Shown here: one piece after another, positions 16,482-23,290 of the stretch
Layout of the letters: each line of letters begins with the position of its first letter
Position numbering within the stretch: the stretch's first letter is position 1
Assembly (NCBI GenBank): GCA_016699265.1
Contig: CP064967.1
Span: forward strand, 810,001-842,000
DNA: 32,000 nucleotides
Source of the DNA: Candidatus Saccharimonadota bacterium
GTDB lineage: Bacteria; Patescibacteriota; Microgenomatia; UBA1406; GWC2-37-13
Direction: 5' to 3'
Notes under the pieces: generated by a model
Databases searched by the model: none
The model's input: only the letters and a program-made list of their open reading frames with translations
Told to the model about the DNA's origin: nothing
Position numbers and translations under genes: made by a program

Positions 16482-16550
16482 GTCATCCTCGCGAATGCGG
16501 GGATCCATGGATTCCCAACCTGCCGGCAAGAAAGTCAAGTTGGGAATGAC
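16482..16550. other. GC-rich, palindrome-dense structured element in the HIT/fbp divergent intergenic region
   Basis: GTCAT...ATGAC outer pairing. Hairpin CCTCGC-GAAT-GCGGGG. A 9-bp stem ATTCCCAAC/GTTGGGAAT. Palindromes GGATCC, CCATGG and GCCGGC. Confidence 0.5.
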
Positions 16551-16558
16551 AATGTCCT

Positions 16559-17509
16559 ATGAATAAAATAACTACTCTCACAGAGTTTGTGCTTCAGGAA
16601 GAACACCGCGTCCCCAATGCAACAGGACGACTCACCCTCCTTCTAAATCAAATTGCAGAAGCAACTAAAATCATTGCGTCACATGTGAAACGCTCAGGAC
16701 TTGCAGATATTATTGGCAAAAGCGGAAAAACTAATAGTTACGATGAAGAGACTCAAAAACTTGATGAGTACAGTAATACCTTGCTCGTTGAGATGCTCTC
16801 CAACAGTCAACAGGTTGCTCTTATCGGCTCTGAGGAACTAGAAAAATCCATTGAAACCAGCTATCCAAAAGCTGAGTACTCGGTGTTTATGGATCCACTT
16901 GATGGCTCCTCGAACATTGATGTAAATGTGAGCATTGGAACGATATTTTCGATTTATCATCATGACAAAGGAACTCTTCAGCAGGGGAAACAACAGGTAG
17001 CAGCAGGATATGTGCTTTACGGATCGAGTGTTATGCTTGTATACACAAGTGGAAATGGGGTTAATGGTTTTACTCTTGATCCGGCAATCGGAAGTTTTCT
17101 CCTGTCACATCCCAATTTGAAAATACCTGAAGAAAGTAAAGAGTACTCATTCAATGAAGGGAAATATAATCTCGTAGACGACTATGTCAGGAAATATCTT
17201 GACGCGATCAAAAAGGAAGAAAAACCATACCAACAGCGATATGTAGGATCAATGGTGGCAGATCTTCATCGCATTTTGATTAAAGGAGGTATCTTTCTTC
17301 ACCCCGCAGATAAAAAAATGCCTAACGGCAAACTCAGACTTATGTATGAGGTGAACCCGTTTTCTTTTATAGTCGAACAGGCTGGAGGAATGGCAATCTC
17401 AAATAATAAAAACCCACTTGATATTGTCCCCCTAGAATTTCATCAAAGAGCTCCGATTGTAATCGGCAGTAAGAAGGAAGTCGAAAAGTATCTTTCATTT
17501 CAAAGATGA
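16559..17509 (+). CDS. fbp: fructose-1,6-bisphosphatase, class 1
   Basis: 316 aa. DPLDGSSNID and GKLRLMYE motifs. Confidence 0.9.
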   Translation: MNKITTLTEFVLQEEHRVPNATGRLTLLLNQIAEATKIIASHVKRSGLADIIGKSGKTNSYDEETQKLDEYSNTLLVEMLSNSQQVALIGSEELEKSIETSYPKAEYSVFMDPLDGSSNIDVNVSIGTIFSIYHHDKGTLQQGKQQVAAGYVLYGSSVMLVYTSGNGVNGFTLDPAIGSFLLSHPNLKIPEESKEYSFNEGKYNLVDDYVRKYLDAIKKEEKPYQQRYVGSMVADLHRILIKGGIFLHPADKKMPNGKLRLMYEVNPFSFIVEQAGGMAISNNKNPLDIVPLEFHQRAPIVIGSKKEVEKYLSFQR

Positions 17510-17516
17510 GCAAGGC

Positions 17517-17545
17517 TTGATACTTGATGCTAAATACTCCATACT
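17517..17545 (+). promoter_or_regulatory. promoter TTGATA-17 nt-CATACT, 6 nt upstream of the gap ATG
   Basis: Read directly. Confidence 0.55.
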
Positions 17546-17551
17546 AATTCT

Positions 17552-18565
17552 ATGAAACGAATACGTGTCGGTCTAAATGGATTTGGAAGAATTGGTCGGG
17601 CCTTCACACGCATCGCGCTCACAGAGGATCGGTTTGATGTAGCGGTAATCAATACCAGGAAGACAGAAACCGCAATGATGGCGTATCTTCTCCAATATGA
17701 CACCGTATACAGAAACTTTCATAAGAAAGTCGAGGTACAGAGCGACTCTCTTGTTATTGAAAACAAAACAATCGAAACTGTCCGCAACGCTGAGATCGAG
17801 TCAATCCCTTGGGAAAAATATAATGTCGATGTGGTAGTAGACGCGACCGGCGCTTTCATGAAGGAGGAGGAGCTATCAAAGCATCTGAGAGGATCTGTAA
17901 AAAAAGTTATTCTAACCGCTCCATCAAAAGATGATACTACTCCTCATGTTGTACTCGGAGTAAATGATGATGGCATCAACTTTAAGAACCAGCATGTGAT
18001 CTCAAACTGTTCATGCACCACCAACTGTGCATCACCTCTCTTCAAGGTTCTGAACGATTCTTTTACAATTCTGAAGGGAGAACTTACAACGATCCACGCG
18101 GCTACTCTTACTCAAAGCCTTCTAGATGACACGGGCAAATCCTTTGATCGATCGCGTGCAGCATTTCAGAACATCATTCCTTCAACATCAGGTGCGGCAA
18201 AGGCCGTCGCTAAAACTATTCCATCACTGAAGGGAAAGATTGATGTCTCCTCTATTCGAGTTCCTGTTCCCGTTGTCTCCTTGTGTGATGTGAGCGTTCT
18301 GGTAAACAAAACAACAACTCCTGAGGAAGTAAATAATGCATTTAAAATCGCTTCACAAACATCGATGAAAGGAATTCTGCAATATCAGACAGAAACGCTC
18401 GTCTCATCGGACTACATCGGGAACACTCACTCTTGCATCTTCGACTCTAACTATACTAAGGTCATCGATGGAAATCTGGTAAAGGTTTTTGGATGGTACG
18501 ACAATGAGTGGGGATATACGAGTCGACTAATCGACCTCGTCGATCGCCTTAGCCACTTCGTCTAA
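17552..18565 (+). CDS. gap: glyceraldehyde-3-phosphate dehydrogenase
   Basis: NGFGRIGR, active site SNCSCTTNC, and WYDNEWGY. Confidence 0.95.
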   Translation: MKRIRVGLNGFGRIGRAFTRIALTEDRFDVAVINTRKTETAMMAYLLQYDTVYRNFHKKVEVQSDSLVIENKTIETVRNAEIESIPWEKYNVDVVVDATGAFMKEEELSKHLRGSVKKVILTAPSKDDTTPHVVLGVNDDGINFKNQHVISNCSCTTNCASPLFKVLNDSFTILKGELTTIHAATLTQSLLDDTGKSFDRSRAAFQNIIPSTSGAAKAVAKTIPSLKGKIDVSSIRVPVPVVSLCDVSVLVNKTTTPEEVNNAFKIASQTSMKGILQYQTETLVSSDYIGNTHSCIFDSNYTKVIDGNLVKVFGWYDNEWGYTSRLIDLVDRLSHFV

Positions 18566-18569
18566 TTTT

Positions 18570-18597
18570 TATTTCTAATTTCTTATTTCTTATTTAA
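18570..18597. repeat. 7-bp tandem repeat WATTTCT, about 4 copies (TATTTCT AATTTCT TATTTCT TATTTAA)
   Basis: Read directly in the gap-pgk spacer. Confidence 0.8.
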
Positions 18598-18620
18598 CAT
18601 TTCACTAAAAAATAAAAATT

Positions 18621-18634
18621 AAGAACTAAGAACT
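18621..18634. repeat. 7-bp tandem repeat AAGAACT x2 abutting the pgk ATG
   Basis: Read directly. Confidence 0.8.
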
Positions 18635-19828
18635 ATGCCAATTACTTATATCGATGCAGTTGAAATAAAGAACAAAACCGTTTTATTAAGGGCTGACTTT
18701 GACGTTTCTCTCAATGAAGACGCAACCATTGCGAACGACCTTCGAATTCAACAAAACATTCCCACGATTCAATACCTACTTAAAAATAACAATAGAATAA
18801 TCTGCGTTGCCAAACTTAACAGACCGCACGGACGAGATCGTGACCCTAAACACTCGCTCAAGATAGTTGTAGAAAGACTAAAAACCTATCTCCCAGATAA
18901 TACCATTACATTGATCGATGACTTTCTCACAACCGACCCATCAATAATCAAGAGTCAAATCTCAAAAGAAATTTTGGTACTTGAAAACATTAGATTTTAT
19001 AAAGAGGAAAAACAGAACGACCCAGAATTTGCAAAAAAACTCGCACTGCTTGCTGACGTGTATGTTAATGATTGTTTTGCTATGGCTCATCGCACAGAGG
19101 CTTCAGTTGTAGGAGTTCCTCAATTTATTCCCAGCTATGGAGGACTCCTACTCAAAAAGGAGGTTGAGACAATCTCTAGAATAATCGACGAGCCAAGAAA
19201 ACCAGTTGTTGTCGTACTCGGGGGATCAAAAATTTCTACCAAGATTAATCTCATAGGAAAGCTCCTAAACATTGCGGACCACGTATTGGTAGGTGGTGGG
19301 ATAGCCAACACATTTCTAGCAAGTCAAAACATAGAAGTTGGAAAAAGTATTTTTGAGTACGACGAAAAAGAAAATGCCCGACGACTTCTCTACGAGGCAA
19401 AGAGAAGAAATGCAGAGATCGTTCTTCCGTCCGACTCGGTTGTTGGAGACCCAACAAATACCACGCAGGGTGGCGTAGTGAAAAGCAATGACCAAATTAC
19501 TCGAGAGGACAATATCCTTGATATTGGTCCGGAAACCCAGGCTAGATGGGGATCGCTAATAAACAGTGCCAAAACCATTATTTGGAATGGTCCTGTCGGC
19601 TACTTCGAAAATCCTCAGTATCGACGTGGCACAGACTTTATCTACTACACTGTTGCTCACACCGAAGATGCGGTCTCTATTGTGGGTGGTGGTGATACGC
19701 TTGCCGCAATTTCAAAAAAAGAATATCTTGACAACATCACCCATATCTCCACAGGAGGTGGAGCAATGCTCGAGTTTATCGAGAAAGGAACCCTCCCCGG
19801 TCTTGAAGCCCTAAATCAGACTGATTAA
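18635..19828 (+). CDS. pgk: phosphoglycerate kinase
   Basis: 397 aa. RADFDV, FAMAHR, GGSKISTKI and STGGGA motifs. Confidence 0.95.
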   Translation: MPITYIDAVEIKNKTVLLRADFDVSLNEDATIANDLRIQQNIPTIQYLLKNNNRIICVAKLNRPHGRDRDPKHSLKIVVERLKTYLPDNTITLIDDFLTTDPSIIKSQISKEILVLENIRFYKEEKQNDPEFAKKLALLADVYVNDCFAMAHRTEASVVGVPQFIPSYGGLLLKKEVETISRIIDEPRKPVVVVLGGSKISTKINLIGKLLNIADHVLVGGGIANTFLASQNIEVGKSIFEYDEKENARRLLYEAKRRNAEIVLPSDSVVGDPTNTTQGGVVKSNDQITREDNILDIGPETQARWGSLINSAKTIIWNGPVGYFENPQYRRGTDFIYYTVAHTEDAVSIVGGGDTLAAISKKEYLDNITHISTGGGAMLEFIEKGTLPGLEALNQTD

Positions 19829-19836
19829 TTTTCAAA

Positions 19837-20238
19837 TTATTTTCTTATTATCTCTACTACTTTATCTACAGGAGTTGAGGACTGAATGATTACAGTAGAT
19901 TTGGTTTTTTCGATGGATGGCAAGTAGTCATGTCCTACAACTGCATTCCCATTCATCCAGTACACGTCAAGATCTACAAGAGTGTTCTGATTCCAGAATA
20001 TCTGAATTTTAGGTTTATCGAATAGAAAAACCATTCCATCAGCGTCCGACAACTTTCTCACATTCATGAGTCCGTTCGTATGTTCAATCTCGTTATCTGC
20101 AACTAGAAGCTTATAGACTTTACCGTCGATGGTCACATTCTGCGTCTCTGCTGGAAGATTAAATTTTGTAAAAAATTTTTGAAAGTAAAAACCAACGGCA
20201 ATAAATGCAATTATGAGAATAAATACTACCTTTTTCAT
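19837..20238 (-). CDS. DUF192-domain protein with an N-terminal membrane anchor
   Basis: GLMNVRKL...GMVFLF...FWNQNTLVDLDVYW matches the DUF192 pattern. Start M5 forms an ATGA overlap with the upstream stop. Confidence 0.7.
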   Translation of the reverse strand: MKKVVFILIIAFIAVGFYFQKFFTKFNLPAETQNVTIDGKVYKLLVADNEIEHTNGLMNVRKLSDADGMVFLFDKPKIQIFWNQNTLVDLDVYWMNGNAVVGHDYLPSIEKTKSTVIIQSSTPVDKVVEIIRK

Positions 20239-21107
20239 TTTTCTGTCCATTTATTAATTTCATTACACACTGTTACCTCATATTCTTTAAGATTGTGTAG
20301 AGCATTTTCAATAACAATGCTTCCATATTTCTTGGATCGATTGTTTAGATCGAACCACTCTCTTAGTTTATTGCCAGATCTATCCGCATACTCGTCAGAG
20401 CCGGCTAAAACGATAAGCATTGGAGTTTCAACTGACTGAAAGGTGATTGGCTTTTTATTATGAGAGTAGGTAAATATTTCCTCTGAGCTCTCTGGGGTAT
20501 ATAAACTTAAGAATCGCTGAGCATCGATTAATTCACTTGGCCAGTATTTTTCAGATAGAAGCGCTTTAGGTCTTCCCTCTTCTACTTGCTTGCGAGCATA
20601 GGCTAATGCTTTTTGGTATAGACCTTTATCTGTGATTAATTGAACTGCAGCATAGTCGCTAAGTGGACACAGTAAAACAGTACCAGAAACTTTTTGTTTA
20701 TTTGTTGTTTTTGAAAGATAGAATACTGATTTCTGACAACCAGTTGAATGACCTACCAAATATACTTCATTAACTCCTCGCTTATGGCAAAACTCCACAG
20801 CTCCCTCAAGATCATCAACACAGTCCTCAAAGATTTCGTGGGCCGTACCCGCGACTATGCTATCGTAGCCTTTTGGGTTTAATGGGTTAATTTTTTTAAT
20901 CCGTGAGACCACATCATGGCCTCTGTTATTGAACGTTAGAACTGAGGTTACTTCATCGACCAACGGATAGAGTTTGTCCCCGGAGAATAAAGTCGAGGTC
21001 AAACCATGAACATTAATAAAGATGCGCTTTGGATTTGACGGACCCAACCATAATCCGTTCAGGACGAATTTCTGCGGAGTAACAATCTCAACAATATCCA
21101 TAGTCAT
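20235..21107 (-). CDS. alpha/beta-fold hydrolase
   Basis: Nucleophile elbow GHSTG. 290 aa. TATACT (21119..21114) lies 6 nt upstream of the ATG. Confidence 0.8.
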   Translation of the reverse strand: MTMDIVEIVTPQKFVLNGLWLGPSNPKRIFINVHGLTSTLFSGDKLYPLVDEVTSVLTFNNRGHDVVSRIKKINPLNPKGYDSIVAGTAHEIFEDCVDDLEGAVEFCHKRGVNEVYLVGHSTGCQKSVFYLSKTTNKQKVSGTVLLCPLSDYAAVQLITDKGLYQKALAYARKQVEEGRPKALLSEKYWPSELIDAQRFLSLYTPESSEEIFTYSHNKKPITFQSVETPMLIVLAGSDEYADRSGNKLREWFDLNNRSKKYGSIVIENALHNLKEYEVTVCNEINKWTEK

Positions 21108-21135
21108 GCAGAAAGTATATCAAACTAGCCAGGCC

Positions 21136-21156
21136 GTACGACCTACGAGGTCGTAC
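21136..21156 (-). terminator. hairpin GTACGACCT-ACG-AGGTCGTAC downstream of the kinase-like gene
   Basis: Perfect 9-bp stem read directly. No clear U-tract. Confidence 0.4.
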
Positions 21157-21176
21157 ACTACCAGAATTGAGAAGGT

Positions 21177-21689
21177 TTAAGAATTGGCTATTTTCAATAT
21201 CTCGTCAACGACTTTATCAAGAGACTGAGAGGCATCAATCGTCAGCGTTCTTGGCGTAAGTGATTTATACCATCCCAGTACAAGCTCCAATTCAAATGGA
21301 GACTTTCCAAAATCATTTGAGATTCTGGTAGACAGTCTGTGTCTAAGAGTGTTTTCATCAATGATCAATTCGATTTCCCGAGCAAATAAATCACTCATAT
21401 CGTTTTCATTACCAGTAACGCCACACAGAAAAATAATTTTATCCTGAGCGTGCTTATGCAACTCTTCAACTTTAGAGCGAATCATCAACCATTCATATTT
21501 TTTGTGGAACGAAGGTGTATGAACTTTATATTTAGAAAGATTTTTAGCGATGTTGTTAGTTTTTCTATTAAACCAATAGTTAAAGCCCTCCTCGTCCGCA
21601 TCGTGAGATTCGTACCCTCGTTTATTTAGCTCCTCACTAACCGTGGACTTCCCTGTACCTACCATTCCAGTGATATAAATCAAAGCCAT
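21177..21689 (-). CDS. P-loop NTPase / small-molecule kinase-like protein
   Basis: Walker A GMVGTGKST at the N-terminus. 170 aa, about the size of nucleoside/nucleotide kinases. Confidence 0.7.
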   Translation of the reverse strand: MALIYITGMVGTGKSTVSEELNKRGYESHDADEEGFNYWFNRKTNNIAKNLSKYKVHTPSFHKKYEWLMIRSKVEELHKHAQDKIIFLCGVTGNENDMSDLFAREIELIIDENTLRHRLSTRISNDFGKSPFELELVLGWYKSLTPRTLTIDASQSLDKVVDEILKIANS

Positions 21690-21713
21690 GAAAGAAAGTA
21701 TAGCAAAGTAGAT

Positions 21714-22097
21714 TTATTGATTTGTCGATGGAGCAAAATCTAGTTGATGCTCCGGAATTCCGATTGAGATTCCGTAGTCTCTAGCGTCCTTATACTGCTC
21801 GGGCTTTGAGAGATCGACCTTGAAGACCTGACCGTTAAAGATGATAAAGTGATAGTGGTCATTTTTGTAATCGATATACCATTGTGGATGTGTTGGATCA
21901 AATGACTGGCAAAATAGTTCCGCTAATCCTTCTGCTTTTTTCTTAGGAATTTCCACAGTATGAAGAGTCCACTGTACAACCCAAGGTGTTTTGTGATGCA
22001 GCGTGATTTTTTCAACCTTCGTATGTAAAATCTTTACCTTCTTAAGAATTTTCTTATCTCCCAAACTCTCTTCTATTATTACTCCTTTGTAGTTCAT
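21714..22097 (-). CDS. hypothetical protein (127 aa)
   Basis: ORF with an ATGA overlap to the upstream gene. No motif recognised. Confidence 0.6.
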   Translation of the reverse strand: MNYKGVIIEESLGDKKILKKVKILHTKVEKITLHHKTPWVVQWTLHTVEIPKKKAEGLAELFCQSFDPTHPQWYIDYKNDHYHFIIFNGQVFKVDLSKPEQYKDARDYGISIGIPEHQLDFAPSTNQ

Positions 22098-22537
22098 GCG
22101 TAGATTTTTTGTAGTCTTGAAAGTTTTTCTGTAACTGAATTCAGTGCCTCGACTGTGTTTGGAGTACCGTTACCAAATCGAATTACTCCACGAGTTTCCT
22201 TCTTTAGAGAACCAGATAAGGGGTCTGTAACTTTTTCATCTCTGTAACCAAGTTCAAAACTTCTTTTACCTCGGTCAAAGTAAATAATTCTTCGGACCGT
22301 TTTTGACCCGTCCCTTCCTATTACATTAGTTATTTCACACACCGGCTCTCCATCGAAGGTCGTAAAGGTAGCAACATCAATCAGCTCATCCATTGAAAAA
22401 TGGGACACTCTCAAGCCTTGACGTTTTGCGACGACGGCGGCAGTTTCGGACATAAGTTGTTTTGCCGAGGTTAAGGTTTGTTCTGCTGAAAGAAGTGTTT
22501 CTGGCTGCGCTGTTTCTTGTTCTTGAATTTCTGTCAT
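22094..22537 (-). CDS. hypothetical protein (147 aa)
   Basis: ORF starting 23 nt after tRNA-Pro. TATAAT (22554..22549) lies 11 nt upstream of the ATG. No motif recognised. Confidence 0.6.
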   Translation of the reverse strand: MTEIQEQETAQPETLLSAEQTLTSAKQLMSETAAVVAKRQGLRVSHFSMDELIDVATFTTFDGEPVCEITNVIGRDGSKTVRRIIYFDRGKRSFELGYRDEKVTDPLSGSLKKETRGVIRFGNGTPNTVEALNSVTEKLSRLQKIYA

Positions 22538-22560
22538 AGACTAAAAGAATTATAACTATG

Positions 22561-22634
22561 TCGGGGTGACAGGACTCGAACCTGCGACCTCTCGCTCCCA
22601 AAGCGAACGTTCTAGCCATCTGAACTACACCCCG
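22561..22634 (-). tRNA. tRNA-Pro (anticodon UGG), CCA not encoded
   Basis: Minus-strand cloverleaf folded by hand. Acceptor CGGGGTG/CACCCCG, D arm GTTC/GAAC, anticodon loop TTTGGGA (with G37), T arm GCAGG-TTCGAGT-CCTGT. Confidence 0.9.
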
Positions 22635-22687
22635 AAAAACTCAACTCTTGCAGCGCGAAACTGAGAACTCAAGCCAACCACTGAATA

Positions 22688-22716
22688 TTGCGCAGAAGAT
22701 ATTGGTAAGATATTAT
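22688..22716 (+). promoter_or_regulatory. promoter TTGCGC-17 nt-TATTAT, 7 nt upstream of the nuclease ATG
   Basis: Read directly. The same AT-rich box reads TATAAT on the minus strand (22717..22712), upstream of tRNA-Pro. Confidence 0.5.
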
Positions 22717-22723
22717 ACCATCT

Positions 22724-23290
22724 ATGACTACCCGGAGACTCAAAGGAATCCTGATCTCAACCGCTATTTTTTCACTTTTGGTATTCTTGCGTCCCATCCT
22801 ACCCGAACGAATAAACAACCAGCTATTCCCTCAATCGCCAACTCCTAACCTAAAGGTCCAATCGAATATTCGAATGGACACTGTAAAGGTAAAACGAGTA
22901 GTCGATGGAGATACTATTGAACTTGAGAATGGAGAACGCCTTCGATACATAGGAATCGACACTCCAGAAACGAAACACCCAACAAAGCCGGTTCAGTGCT
23001 ACGGTGAAGATGCCTATCAAATAAATAAAAAGTTGGTCGAAGGTAAGACTGTGAAACTTGTTAAAGATATTTCTGAAGTCGACAAATATAAGCGGTTATT
23101 AAGATATGTTTACGTAAGTACCCCCGCTTCTCCATCTGGAATTTTAGTTAATGACTATTTGGTCCGAAATGGTTTTGCCTTTGCCACAACCTTCCCACCA
23201 GACGTTGCAAAGGCCGACCAATTCCGCGAAGCTCAACAGGAAGCAAGAGAAAAAAATAGAGGTCTTTGGAAATCGTGCTCCACTATTTAG
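22724..23290 (+). CDS. membrane-anchored thermonuclease (staphylococcal nuclease homologue)
   Basis: N-terminal TM helix. VVDGDTIEL, RYIGIDTPE and YKRLLRYVY motifs of the SNase fold. Confidence 0.85.
   Translation: MTTRRLKGILISTAIFSLLVFLRPILPERINNQLFPQSPTPNLKVQSNIRMDTVKVKRVVDGDTIELENGERLRYIGIDTPETKHPTKPVQCYGEDAYQINKKLVEGKTVKLVKDISEVDKYKRLLRYVYVSTPASPSGILVNDYLVRNGFAFATTFPPDVAKADQFREAQQEAREKNRGLWKSCSTI

Noticed and set aside
16500-16528. Clustered BamHI (GGATCC), NcoI (CCATGG) and NaeI (GCCGGC) sites as a sign of cloning-vector or polylinker contamination.
   Set aside because: The sites are embedded in an inverted repeat and flanked seamlessly by native-looking genes with the same promoter style as the rest of the window. 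No vector-like sequence was recognised.
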